The position numbers and the translations under genes are program-made. Shown piece after piece: positions 8,551 to 18,396 of a DNA stretch of 64,000 nt. The stretch is taken from the IMG/VR virus record IMGVR_UViG_3300020046_005360; one strand, written 5' to 3'. Source of the DNA: a virus (Duplodnaviria > Caudoviricetes). How positions within the stretch are numbered: position 1 is the first letter of the stretch; the number at the start of each line of letters is the position of its first letter. The notes beneath the pieces are model-generated. The model did not search any database. It worked only from the letters and a program-made list of their open reading frames with translations, and had not been told where the DNA came from.

Positions 8551-9434
8551 AATGTTAATACTTTATTATATAATTCGTAATGTTGTTTACATACTATACT
8601 TCGTTTAAATCTATCCATTTTTGGTGGATATTTTAACGCAATGTCTAGTATCCTACCTTGAGGATCTACTTTATAAATGTAACTTGGTATACCACACATC
8701 CAACCTTCTATCGTAGTACGCCCACCAATACCTACTGTAAAATCAGCGTGTTTAACGTATTTTTCTGTATCATAACACGGATCTACGACTGTTATTAGTT
8801 TGTTGTTAAAATCGTGTTTACTATTTGATACTATGACGAGTTCGGTACCGTTTTGAATACATTCTGACACAACATGTTCAATCATTGGTCTACGTAATGA
8901 ATCATTAATTTCACCAATTAATGTTCCTGTTGGGTTGTAATAAATTATTTTATCAAAATCTAAATCCGCATCCTTATTAAATCTAGTTTCATCAATAGGG
9001 TTATATATCATTGATATATCCTTTGTTTTTATTCTATATTGATTTTTAAGGCAACGATATATATCAGGCTGTACTGATATGTAATGTTTTATTGATGGAT
9101 GTTTAATAGCCTCTTCACTTCTTAGTGCGGAATGGATTATAGATATCTTTGGTATATTTGGATAATAATGACATACTGCAGATGTTGGCCAAGGTTGCGA
9201 AACAATAATTAAATCGAAATTTTCTCTAATATGACAAACTTCATCCATTAATTTTACTTTTACTCCCAACTTTATTACATCTTTCCATAAATGGTAATCT
9301 AAATTAGGTTCTGTGGCTGTAGCTACAGTAATATCAAGATCTTTGTATTCAGTTAATCCTATTATTAGTTCGTGGTGATAGAGTTCACTACCACCGAGAC
9401 CATTCATGTTTTGGAAACTAATTAATATCTTCAT
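8547..9434 (-). CDS. glycosyltransferase (GT-B/GT4-like)
   Basis: MKILI...GLGGSE, IYNPIDETRF, GRTTIEGWMCG. Confidence 0.8.
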   Translation of the reverse strand: MKILISFQNMNGLGGSELYHHELIIGLTEYKDLDITVATATEPNLDYHLWKDVIKLGVKVKLMDEVCHIRENFDLIIVSQPWPTSAVCHYYPNIPKISIIHSALRSEEAIKHPSIKHYISVQPDIYRCLKNQYRIKTKDISMIYNPIDETRFNKDADLDFDKIIYYNPTGTLIGEINDSLRRPMIEHVVSECIQNGTELVIVSNSKHDFNNKLITVVDPCYDTEKYVKHADFTVGIGGRTTIEGWMCGIPSYIYKVDPQGRILDIALKYPPKMDRFKRSIVCKQHYELYNKVLTL

Positions 9435-10080
9435 AATTTATTAGTATTTTATACCTTCCATAATGGTCTTGTAATTTTATATCAGTAATTCCCGCACGTT
9501 GTAATCCAATTTTATTTTCTTTCAAGAATTTTATTGGGTTACCCACATATATACATCCTGGTTCTACTTTGGTTGATTTTGTAACAATACCCCCCATTCC
9601 GATCATAGCATAAGAACCTATTACTGAGTATTGATGGCAGATTGAACCTAATGCCATATTAGCTCCTTCCATAACATGAGAATGTCCACCTAACAAAACG
9701 TTGCAACTTATAGTTACGTTGTTTTCTATAATTACGTCATGCCCACAATGGCTACCTCGTAACATAATATTATCATTTCCTATTACAGTATCTTGTTCTG
9801 TACCAGCATTTATTGTAGTGAATTCTCTAATAGTATTATTATTACCAATTACGGTTCCAAATGATGTACCACTAATGAAATATGATTTATGTTCTGGTAG
9901 AGAATTTACTATACAATGTGATTCAAATCTATTACCATCTCCTATAATAGTATTATCTCTAATAATACAATAAGGTCCTATATAATTATATTTACCAATT
10001 TCGACATAATCCCCAATTATTGCTGTGGGATGTATGTAATTACCATATATAGGTTCGTTGTATTTTTTTATAGATTCCAT
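9418..10080 (-). CDS. LpxA-like hexapeptide-repeat acyltransferase
   Basis: IHPTAII, IGPYCII, IREFTTINAGT, HCGHD, HQYSVIG left-handed beta-helix motifs. Confidence 0.85.
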   Translation of the reverse strand: MESIKKYNEPIYGNYIHPTAIIGDYVEIGKYNYIGPYCIIRDNTIIGDGNRFESHCIVNSLPEHKSYFISGTSFGTVIGNNNTIREFTTINAGTEQDTVIGNDNIMLRGSHCGHDVIIENNVTISCNVLLGGHSHVMEGANMALGSICHQYSVIGSYAMIGMGGIVTKSTKVEPGCIYVGNPIKFLKENKIGLQRAGITDIKLQDHYGRYKILINYEDIN

Positions 10081-10083
10081 AAT

Positions 10084-10728
10084 TTATTTATTATAATTTC
10101 CAGTTAAATAACTTTCATTCTGTTTTTGTTGTTTTTCGAAGCTCTTAATGTGTAGTAAATCATATTCACCTCCAATAGGTAATTCTGTTCTTACTTTATA
10201 ATTTATTATAGTTTCATGTACTTGTCCTCCCCACTCTATTCCGGGGCGATTTATCATGATACGATACTGGAAATCAGGATAATTTATACGCTCTTTAATA
10301 TCTTGACGCCACCCCATTTGTTTTACATATTCAGGTGTTATTCCTGTTACAAAATTAGCTCTAGGAACTCCAATTACATCGACTTCCGGATTTAATTCAA
10401 TTATTAATGGAAGGTTTTCAATTAAAATTGGATTTGGTATTTCATCTGCATCTAAGAAAAATAAATAGTCTTTACACAATGGATGACTTCTTAATTTATT
10501 TTTCCATTCTCCAAAATTCCCTCCAAACTTATCGTCTATCAGTTTGATATGTCGAGCTTTATGGAGATCTGTCAGAAATTCAAAGAATTCACTATATTTA
10601 GGACATTTATTAGTATCTACTAAAACGATTATATTATCTTCGTCACGTTTATTAATACGTAGAGTTTCATACAATTTTTTAAATTCAACTATTTCATTAG
10701 CAACAGTTATGGCGTATGTTATTCTCAT
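10084..10728 (-). CDS. glycosyltransferase family 2
   Basis: FFLDADE DxD motif, YPDFQYRI, VHE. Confidence 0.85.
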   Translation of the reverse strand: MRITYAITVANEIVEFKKLYETLRINKRDEDNIIVLVDTNKCPKYSEFFEFLTDLHKARHIKLIDDKFGGNFGEWKNKLRSHPLCKDYLFFLDADEIPNPILIENLPLIIELNPEVDVIGVPRANFVTGITPEYVKQMGWRQDIKERINYPDFQYRIMINRPGIEWGGQVHETIINYKVRTELPIGGEYDLLHIKSFEKQQKQNESYLTGNYNK

Positions 10729-10949
10729 AATGTATCTCCTTGTTTTAAATCTTTGACATCAAATGTAGGTACTTTAATATAAAATGTACTATCTTTATTT
10801 TTCACCCATAAAAACTCACTTCCTGTATCGGAATCTGGATTCTCTAATAATATAATTCCCTTACCTCTATATTGTTCGATAGGAATAATTTTCCTTTCAG
10901 TACATGAAATCAACAATATAAAACTTAATATTAATACGACTTTTTTCAT
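10725..10949 (-). CDS. putative lipoprotein
   Basis: MKKVVLILSFILLIS-C lipobox. Confidence 0.65.
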   Translation of the reverse strand: MKKVVLILSFILLISCTERKIIPIEQYRGKGIILLENPDSDTGSEFLWVKNKDSTFYIKVPTFDVKDLKQGDTL

Positions 10950-10951
10950 AA

Positions 10952-11182
10952 TTAATAATCTATATGAATGAATATTGTTTCACCTTCTAATTCGGGATAT
11001 GTGTCTATTATCCAATTGGTCATATCAAAGTCATCATCAAATTCATCTTGTTGATCTCTTGATGTTACTTCATATTCAATATAACTATCACATGATGCTT
11101 CGTTCACAGAATAATTAGCTTCTGTTATCTCTTCTGGGATTTCACAATATGATACTACTTTTCTTGTTATTTCTTTATACAT
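10952..11182 (-). CDS. hypothetical protein
   Basis: 76 aa acidic ORF. Confidence 0.65.
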   Translation of the reverse strand: MYKEITRKVVSYCEIPEEITEANYSVNEASCDSYIEYEVTSRDQQDEFDDDFDMTNWIIDTYPELEGETIFIHIDY

Positions 11183-11184
11183 AA

Positions 11185-11439
11185 TTATTTTTTAAATTCA
11201 ACAGATCCATTTTTACTTAATTCTTGTGAGTATTCAAATATAATTTGATAAGCTCTATATAAATCCATTTCACAGCTTCTATAATCAAATCTTTTATTAA
11301 ACATATCTAAAACTACGATTCGTAAAAATTCAGGTAATCTTATATCAGTTTTGAATAGTAGTTCATATGCTTTTCTTCTACCAGTAAAATCACCTATATC
11401 TAATATAGCTTCTTCTAATTCTTGTTTAGTATAGATCAT
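11185..11439 (-). CDS. hypothetical protein
   Basis: 84 aa ORF. Confidence 0.65.
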   Translation of the reverse strand: MIYTKQELEEAILDIGDFTGRRKAYELLFKTDIRLPEFLRIVVLDMFNKRFDYRSCEMDLYRAYQIIFEYSQELSKNGSVEFKK

Positions 11440-11679
11440 TTAACGCATATCATTTAATAGTTTATTTAATATAATTAAAGCTTGGCGTTTTTCTGTGAAA
11501 GTATTTAAATCACCAACGAAATAATCTAATGCTTCAAAACTAGCATACTCACAAATATAATCATACTCTTCATCGGATATTCTCCAAGTAAACTTCATCA
11601 CATCATCAAAGGCATCCGTAATACCACCATGACCTTTATAAACAATGTCTGTTCTATTTTTACGAGATAATCTAGTCAT
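11440..11679 (-). CDS. hypothetical protein
   Basis: 79 aa ORF downstream of the promoter motif at 11697-11709. Confidence 0.65.
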   Translation of the reverse strand: MTRLSRKNRTDIVYKGHGGITDAFDDVMKFTWRISDEEYDYICEYASFEALDYFVGDLNTFTEKRQALIILNKLLNDMR

Positions 11680-11696
11680 AATACTTAATTTATTTC

Positions 11697-11745
11697 GTAA
11701 ATATACGAATATCTTATTAGTAAAAAAATTCCCTTTCGGGAATCT
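11697..11745 (-). promoter_or_regulatory. terminator hairpin followed by early/middle promoter
   Basis: ATTCCC-GAAA-GGGAAT hairpin with U-run, then TTCGTATATTTAC. Confidence 0.65.
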
Positions 11746-11746
11746 T

Positions 11747-12211
11747 TTATTCTAATAAACCCACTGAGGAGAGAGCATCTATAAATCCGTTTTGATTGAA
11801 TTTTTGTAGAGTGGTATTATCATTTTTAAATTTGATATATTCACCTGTTTTTGGATGTTTGAATCTTTCTTTTTCTTCTTCTGAAACAGGTATGGATTGC
11901 ATTGAAGCCCATTCCCAATCTGCAGCGCAAGTTCCTAAAATGAACACAATGCCTTTACCTTCTACATTTACTACTTGTGGGTACCAACATCTTCCTTCTT
12001 CATCCACAATTACAATATCTCGATAAAGTTCTGGTAGTGTTTCCTCATATTTTTCGATATCGAAACCTTCAGATTCCTTCATAAGATCTGTTGTCTCAAA
12101 TCCAGTTATTAACGATTTATATGAATTGTAATGTTCATTAATTGGTGTAATATAACAACTTTCAGGTAATCCGCTTAAGGGACAAGTCCCAATATAATCT
12201 TTTTCTATCAT
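11747..12211 (-). CDS. hypothetical protein
   Basis: 154 aa ORF coupled to the glycosyltransferase operon. Confidence 0.75.
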   Translation of the reverse strand: MIEKDYIGTCPLSGLPESCYITPINEHYNSYKSLITGFETTDLMKESEGFDIEKYEETLPELYRDIVIVDEEGRCWYPQVVNVEGKGIVFILGTCAADWEWASMQSIPVSEEEKERFKHPKTGEYIKFKNDNTTLQKFNQNGFIDALSSVGLLE

Positions 12212-13498
12212 TTATTTAACTAATTTAAGTTGTGGAAGTTTAAGTGAGTATGGAAGTATAATATTAGCGTCCAATACTTCTTGTATTTTTTCTTTAATTT
12301 TCGAAAAGCTAAAATTTTCTTTACAATAATAACTTAATCGTTTACCATTGTCTTTATATTTAGAATATTCTTCATGGTAGTCTCTCATTATTGCACCAGC
12401 ATGACCTAAATCCACACTATACCATTTCGAACCTTCAATTAACATATCTTTAACTTGAGCTGATGGGTGGATTGGTGTAAGTGTTCCTGGTAATAGAGTT
12501 GTAAATTTTGAATGGCAAAAATCTAATTGTCCTCCCCAACCTGACACAATTAATGGCTTTTTGGATTGAGTAAATTCTAGGAGTGGTTTACCCCAACCTT
12601 CACCTTTTGTAGTAGAAATCATTGCTTTTACCTTAGAATGATTATATAATTCATTCATTTCTTGGTCTGTAATTTCTCCATGAAATAAGTAAATATTAGG
12701 TAAATTAGTAGAGTTTACTGTTTTGCGAATATTTTCTATTCTTTTCAATATTTCTTCTCTATGAGGAATAGAACACGAACCTATTGAAGTTTTCAGAATA
12801 AGAGCCGGTTTATTTTTCTTGTTTTTAAATGTCTCGAAAAATACTTTAACTAATCCTGTTATATTCTTCCTATCTTCAGAAAAATTACCATTTAACCAAG
12901 TTCCTACATTTAAGAAACAGAAATCTTCTTTAATTAAATCTAATTCTTTTTTAATTTCGCTTTCACCATCTAAAAATGGTAAATATTTATATATTTCTTC
13001 AATAAATCCCTCTCCAATGATTTCTATAGGTTTTTCTACTTTAATTATACCTAGTGATTGTTGAGTATTATTATCCTTTTTCTCAAATTGAGAATTCATG
13101 AATGTATCTTTAGAATGTTTAGACGGAACAATATTTAAATCCATCTTATTAATTCCTTCAATCCATTGTGGTGCGCAAACGTCCGTTTCTATTCCAGCAG
13201 TCCATCCAATATTATAACCGCCAATAGCTTGGAATTCGGTTGGTATTGTATGCCAAATCATGATATCAGGTTTATATGTTAGGTTTTCAGATAAGATATA
13301 TTCACTTAAAAATCCCCAATCTTCTAAGTTATCTTTAATGAAACCTGAGGGTAAATTACCCCACCCACATGATATAATTTTTATATCGAATTTATCTTTA
13401 TATAACTCTATTAATGACTTTGCTATACCACGCCCACAAGCGGGATATCCTCCATATACATCAATACTAGAGTATAATACTAATTTTGGTTTATTCAT
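12212..13498 (-). CDS. glycosyltransferase family 4 (GT-B)
   Basis: TKGEGWGKPLLE ExxxxxxxE motif; RKNI. Confidence 0.85.
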   Translation of the reverse strand: MNKPKLVLYSSIDVYGGYPACGRGIAKSLIELYKDKFDIKIISCGWGNLPSGFIKDNLEDWGFLSEYILSENLTYKPDIMIWHTIPTEFQAIGGYNIGWTAGIETDVCAPQWIEGINKMDLNIVPSKHSKDTFMNSQFEKKDNNTQQSLGIIKVEKPIEIIGEGFIEEIYKYLPFLDGESEIKKELDLIKEDFCFLNVGTWLNGNFSEDRKNITGLVKVFFETFKNKKNKPALILKTSIGSCSIPHREEILKRIENIRKTVNSTNLPNIYLFHGEITDQEMNELYNHSKVKAMISTTKGEGWGKPLLEFTQSKKPLIVSGWGGQLDFCHSKFTTLLPGTLTPIHPSAQVKDMLIEGSKWYSVDLGHAGAIMRDYHEEYSKYKDNGKRLSYYCKENFSFSKIKEKIQEVLDANIILPYSLKLPQLKLVK

Positions 13499-13500
13499 TT

Positions 13501-14925
13501 TTAATATACTAATGGGTGATTAATCTTATTTTCTTTAATTCCTTCAAATTTGATTAACTCAAATGATTTGCGTGGTTTCCATACTTTCAATGTTTCATCA
13601 ATACCTTCAATCATATTCTTACACATATTTTTTGCGGACATCATAGATTCATCTGATTTGGCCCATTCTCTACCTTTTAATCCTTTGAATTTGCGTTCTT
13701 CTGGATGAAGGCTGTATACTTCTTCAATAGCTTTAGTTAAATCACGGAAATCTAAATGAGTATCCCAAATATATGGTGTTGCTGGTGAACCTACTAATGA
13801 TAAGTTTGAAGGGAATACAGGTACTGCCCACTCTCCATGTTTTTTATATCTTCCGAAATGGTTTGATTGAAATTTACTATCAAATTCAATCCATTTTCCA
13901 TTTTGTCCAACAAATCTCATTTGATCTTGCATTCCACCAGTAACGTTAGCTATAATCATTTTGCCAGCCATCATAGATTCTGTTAAACTCAATCCCCACC
14001 CCTCATTTGATGAAGGCAAAACAGTTACATCAGCTATATTATATAGTTGATTCATACCCGCATCGTCTAACTTTTTATGAGTAAAATATACGTTAGATTT
14101 TTTACCAAACAACATTTCTCTTACTGCTCCTAAATCTGTACCATTATTATCAACAACATCAGTATGAAGTAATAATGCTGTGTTACGTTGTTGATCAGGA
14201 GTTAATTTATCTTGGAATAATTTCCAAGCAGCCATAAGATCTGATGGGCATTTTCTTCGAATATTTCTTGAATTAAATAATGCAACAAATTGTGGGACAT
14301 TACCATTGAAGTATTCGGTTTTTGTTTTGTTAATTAGTTCTAAATCTTCTATTGGATAAAACTTATTTTCATTAATTCCATGAGGGATATATCTAAGTGT
14401 TTTATTTTTAGCTAAATCTCCTAATACCATTTTATGGATATTATCAGTTTGTTTTGAAATACCAAACAATGAATCACAACTATCATAGGCTGCTTTATTC
14501 CATAATGGAGTAGGTAATTCATCCCAAATAGAATAATACATTATAGGACATTGTTTACGAATTTCATTTTCTATACTAAATAACCATTGGTAAAAACGAG
14601 GGTCAGTAAAAATTAATACACCATCAGGTTTATCATTTTTTAATATATGTCTCATTAAATTTACGTCACCATAACCGTTAAAAGGATATAGAATAACTGA
14701 AGAGTCCTCATTACCAGACATTTTGTTAATCTGTTCAGAAACGTCGATTCTTTGTCCCGCGTTTGGGTGATCTATTCCTGCGGCGATGTTAATATAGTTG
14801 TATTTATGGGAAGTTCCTACTATGATTTCTCTAGCCATAGTTGCGATTCCCGAAAATAAAAAAGGATCATCTGCAATAAATAATATAGTTTTTCTTTGGT
14901 TTTTAGGTATGTAACCTTCTTTCAT
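13501..14925 (-). CDS. glycosyltransferase family 4 (GT-B)
   Basis: SNEGWGLSLTES, RNIRRK, IPHGIN. Confidence 0.85.
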   Translation of the reverse strand: MKEGYIPKNQRKTILFIADDPFLFSGIATMAREIIVGTSHKYNYINIAAGIDHPNAGQRIDVSEQINKMSGNEDSSVILYPFNGYGDVNLMRHILKNDKPDGVLIFTDPRFYQWLFSIENEIRKQCPIMYYSIWDELPTPLWNKAAYDSCDSLFGISKQTDNIHKMVLGDLAKNKTLRYIPHGINENKFYPIEDLELINKTKTEYFNGNVPQFVALFNSRNIRRKCPSDLMAAWKLFQDKLTPDQQRNTALLLHTDVVDNNGTDLGAVREMLFGKKSNVYFTHKKLDDAGMNQLYNIADVTVLPSSNEGWGLSLTESMMAGKMIIANVTGGMQDQMRFVGQNGKWIEFDSKFQSNHFGRYKKHGEWAVPVFPSNLSLVGSPATPYIWDTHLDFRDLTKAIEEVYSLHPEERKFKGLKGREWAKSDESMMSAKNMCKNMIEGIDETLKVWKPRKSFELIKFEGIKENKINHPLVY

Positions 14926-15577
14926 AATTTATTTTATTAATTTTTATATAACGATTTGTATATGAGCATAGTGGTTGAAAATTAGTATAATGATTTAACC
15001 GGATTATATCCTCTTCTGTTTTGGCACTTGATATTGGGATTATATGGTCTATATCCCAACCATAGTTTAATTCACCATTGTATAATCCTTGGTTTTCCCA
15101 AGTCATCCAAGGTTCGAATTTCGATTCAAGATATTGTTTAAATTCTTCAAAGGTACAACCTAATATTTGATAACTTCTAGGATTTTTTGTAAATCCATTA
15201 TTTCTAAAACTCGAGGATATTAAAGAAATAATTAGTCTTTTAGTTCTATATATAGTATCTTCTTGATATTTAATCCTTAATGATTGATTAATTTTATTTC
15301 TATTTTCAGATTTATATATTTTATTTTTAACCTTCCATAAATCTTTATTATTTTCGTAATTTTCTTTATCCTTTTGTTTATAATATTCAGGATTTAATAA
15401 TTGATGTTCTTTAACATTATTTCGAACTCTTTCTTTATTCTCAGGTTTAGATAAATAATTACTAAAAGCTTTACTACAACAGGACCTACAGCGAGAATTT
15501 AAACCATCCTTCTTACTTTTATCATTAGAATAATTATCTAATGATTTAGGTTCATTACATTTTTTACACGTTTTCAT
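14903..15577 (-). CDS. HNH-family homing endonuclease
   Basis: CKKC...CRSC; WDIDHIIPISSA...LNHYTNFQPLC. Confidence 0.85.
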   Translation of the reverse strand: MKTCKKCNEPKSLDNYSNDKSKKDGLNSRCRSCCSKAFSNYLSKPENKERVRNNVKEHQLLNPEYYKQKDKENYENNKDLWKVKNKIYKSENRNKINQSLRIKYQEDTIYRTKRLIISLISSSFRNNGFTKNPRSYQILGCTFEEFKQYLESKFEPWMTWENQGLYNGELNYGWDIDHIIPISSAKTEEDIIRLNHYTNFQPLCSYTNRYIKINKINYERRLHT

Positions 15578-15620
15578 ATCATGAATATATAACCTTTATT
15601 TTACTAATCCAAATTTATTT

Positions 15621-15800
15621 TTAAAATTCTAAATCATTAGTGTTGTGTAATTTTTTTCTAAATTCATCATCATTTAAATAGAGAAATATAGATCTATCTA
15701 CTAATTTTTGTAGTGAAAATTTGGATGACACACATTTAATTTTGAATTGATCAAAAGTATCAGGATTTACCTTAACGCTAGTTAAAATTTTAGGCTTCAT
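15621..15800 (-). CDS. small ribbon-helix-helix-like DNA-binding protein (not in ORF track)
   Basis: 59 aa MKPKILTSVKVNPDTFDQFKIKCVSSKFSLQKLVDRSIFLYL; late-type motif upstream at 15826-15834. Confidence 0.6.
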   Translation of the reverse strand: MKPKILTSVKVNPDTFDQFKIKCVSSKFSLQKLVDRSIFLYLNDDEFRKKLHNTNDLEF

Positions 15801-15838
15801 ATTTATACGTTTTTTATTTTACGTATATAAATATATAA

Positions 15839-16816
15839 CTAAAAGATTTCGAATGGGGAAGGTTGTTTTTTAAATGGAGTACCTCGATTACAATGTTGGT
15901 CTAAATCTTTATATGGACAGAACCCACAATTAAATTGTGATATTTCTTTTTTAAATTTAGTTTGTCTTATTACACCATGTTCATCAAAAGTTGAATTAGC
16001 AAAGTTTTCTAACATAGAATATGCTTTAACTATTTTACCTTTACCCGAAGCAGGAATAAATGATTGGAATCGTTTTTCAGGAAAATCACTATCTTCCTTA
16101 ATTTTACGTTTTAATATTAAAAACTTAACCTCAATATTTTCTATAGGAAAGTTGAATTGTTCAGAGAATAATTTTTTATATAATAATAATTGAGCTAGTT
16201 TACCTTCATCTTTTTTAGCCTTATCATACCAAGCTTTAGTTGATGTTTTTAAATCTATTATTTCAATAGTATTGGTTGGTTCATGATATAAAACTAAATC
16301 TAAGAAACCATTATAAAATACATTCGGTAATATATTATGAGATATAGGTACTTCACATCCAACTAGATGCCATCCTTTTTTAGAGAAGTAACCACCTACT
16401 TTATTTTTAAAATATTTTAAAATAGCAATACCATCTTCACAAAATTCATCCAATTCTTCAGGAGTTGAGAAATGTTTCTTGCCGTTTTTTTCATATTCAT
16501 CTAAATACAACGATTTAAGTTTTTGACGGAAAGTCATTATAAGATCTAGACGATCTGCAGCAGCTTTACTTTGTTCGTAATATATAGTAAGATATGATTG
16601 AATTAACTCATGACACGCAACCCCAAATATTAAATTAATGGATGGATCAGGAATTTTGATTTTATCACGATAACGAAGACCCCATCTATACGAACATTGT
16701 CCGAATATAGTCATTTGTGAATGACTTATTATACTTTGGCAAGACCAATCTATTGGAGGTGGTTTATACGCTTTTACCTGTTTAATTATATCAGGAATTT
16801 TTTGAGTTTTAGCCAT
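15839..16816 (-). CDS. PD-(D/E)XK nuclease (PDDEXK_1/Cas4-like exonuclease)
   Basis: ISHSQ...C, FGVACHE, GFLDLV...IIDLKTS, QLLLY, CGFCPY...C. Confidence 0.85.
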   Translation of the reverse strand: MAKTQKIPDIIKQVKAYKPPPIDWSCQSIISHSQMTIFGQCSYRWGLRYRDKIKIPDPSINLIFGVACHELIQSYLTIYYEQSKAAADRLDLIMTFRQKLKSLYLDEYEKNGKKHFSTPEELDEFCEDGIAILKYFKNKVGGYFSKKGWHLVGCEVPISHNILPNVFYNGFLDLVLYHEPTNTIEIIDLKTSTKAWYDKAKKDEGKLAQLLLYKKLFSEQFNFPIENIEVKFLILKRKIKEDSDFPEKRFQSFIPASGKGKIVKAYSMLENFANSTFDEHGVIRQTKFKKEISQFNCGFCPYKDLDQHCNRGTPFKKQPSPFEIF

Positions 16817-16917
16817 ATTTTATTTGGAGATTTAAGTTAACCTAACAGACGATCTTAATGGGTATTTCGAGGTTACTGGTTTGTTAACACTACTATTAAC
16901 CTTTTTTCGTATCTCCT

Positions 16918-17235
16918 TTATAGTTTTAAAAATTTAAAATTTACTGAATTAAAATCAACTCCAGGTCGTTCAACTAATTCAAGTGTACTACTTGATCTAC
17001 CAACATTCATTGATTTTAGAGTGAATGGAGTATTAATAGACATTCCATTTTTATATAATTTATGGCTATCAGATTCATATCCATTATGCCAAGTTTCTCT
17101 TGTAATAATTAATTTAATTTCGTTTTCTTGAAGAAATTGATAATCTTCCGGTCCATTTTCTCCCATTCCAAAGTAATTCATTCGGAAATAAATCCCCATT
17201 ACTTTTTCTTCTAATAAATCGTCTATTTCTAACAT
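16918..17235 (-). CDS. hypothetical protein
   Basis: 105 aa ORF. Confidence 0.65.
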   Translation of the reverse strand: MLEIDDLLEEKVMGIYFRMNYFGMGENGPEDYQFLQENEIKLIITRETWHNGYESDSHKLYKNGMSINTPFTLKSMNVGRSSSTLELVERPGVDFNSVNFKFLKL

Positions 17236-17528
17236 TTTTCAGAAATTTTATATTTTTTAGATAATTCTTTAGCAAATTGGTCTGCGTCTATAGGTTTAGG
17301 ATAAATTCCATCTGGTCTCCATGATTCCCATTGATAGTTCCAATTTCGGAATTCTTCAACTAAATCCCCCATTAAAGTTTCATCACTTTTTACAAAATAT
17401 TCATCTAATATGTCTTCTTCGAAGTTATCTTGTGTAGTAGTTTGATGAAAGAAACCTATTCCCGAACGATCACTAACTTCAATGTTAATATCATTTAATT
17501 CTTCATATTTTTTTCTAGAATCACCCAT
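17229..17528 (-). CDS. hypothetical protein
   Basis: 99 aa ORF. Confidence 0.65.
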   Translation of the reverse strand: MGDSRKKYEELNDINIEVSDRSGIGFFHQTTTQDNFEEDILDEYFVKSDETLMGDLVEEFRNWNYQWESWRPDGIYPKPIDADQFAKELSKKYKISEKC

Positions 17529-17935
17529 TATTTTAGTAATTTAGTTATTTCTTTTTCGGATAAACCCGTTTGTTGTAATATTTTAATAATTTTTGGTTCA
17601 TCCAACACACATAAACCGTCTAAAACCTCGCGGGAACTAATTGAATAATACGCAGCCAATTTATCTATGACGTCCTTGCTATACTCTTTTTTCTTCGCTT
17701 TAATCCATTGAAACCAACGTTTCTTTTTTGGTAAGTTAGTTAAAAAGAAATTATAATGGTCGCGATTAGGTACCTGCTGCTTCTGTACCTCATTAACTAT
17801 TTCAATCAAAGTTGGATCCATACTTAGCCATAGATTGGTTATAAAAGGGAGGTATGTTTTCTGTTCATCCTTGGAAAATGAATTCCAAGGAGTTTTAAGA
17901 ACAGTAAAATGATTAATCCAATCTCCAGGACTCAT
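17528..17935 (-). CDS. clamp loader small subunit (T4 gp62-like)
   Basis: YLPFITNLWLSM...HYNFFLTNLPKKKRWFQWIK pattern; near the clamp loader large subunit. Confidence 0.7.
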   Translation of the reverse strand: MSPGDWINHFTVLKTPWNSFSKDEQKTYLPFITNLWLSMDPTLIEIVNEVQKQQVPNRDHYNFFLTNLPKKKRWFQWIKAKKKEYSKDVIDKLAAYYSISSREVLDGLCVLDEPKIIKILQQTGLSEKEITKLLK

Positions 17936-18171
17936 ACTAATTTACTTTCTAATATTGATAATATACTATTCCAATATGAATATCGATTATGCCATTCAGC
18001 ACTATAACCGTTGGATGAAATATATAGAGCCTCTTTAGCTAATTCAATAGCACTTAAAGTTTTTAATTTTTCAACCTGTTCATATTCTAATCCCCATATA
18101 TTATCATATAAGGGTTCGAATCTAGATCTTATTTCCTCGGCTCGTTCTTCTTTAGTTAATTTATTCTTCAT
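17932..18171 (-). CDS. hypothetical protein
   Basis: 79 aa ORF. Confidence 0.6.
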   Translation of the reverse strand: MKNKLTKEERAEEIRSRFEPLYDNIWGLEYEQVEKLKTLSAIELAKEALYISSNGYSAEWHNRYSYWNSILSILESKLV

Positions 18172-18394
18172 CTCCTAACATTCCTATTAATTCCGTAGGT
18201 AAACCCTCTTTGCAGATCTTACCAGTTTCAGGACAATAGAAAATATCGATAGGAATTATAGCATCACGATCTCCCCCTGTCAAAAAACGGGATGCTTTAC
18301 GTAATAGTACACCTTGATGCCAAATTTTTCCACCTGATGGAGTTAATATCTCGGTTGTTTTTCTAATATCTAACGGTTGTGTTTGTTTTTCCAT
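18161..18394 (-). CDS. hypothetical protein
   Basis: 77 aa ORF, LRKASRFLTG...IPIDIFYC. Confidence 0.65.
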   Translation of the reverse strand: MEKQTQPLDIRKTTEILTPSGGKIWHQGVLLRKASRFLTGGDRDAIIPIDIFYCPETGKICKEGLPTELIGMLGDEE

Positions 18395-18396
18395 TT

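Noticed and set aside
15839-16816. Cas4 as part of a CRISPR-Cas system
   Set aside because: No array or other cas genes in the window; stand-alone PD-(D/E)XK exonucleases are common in phages.
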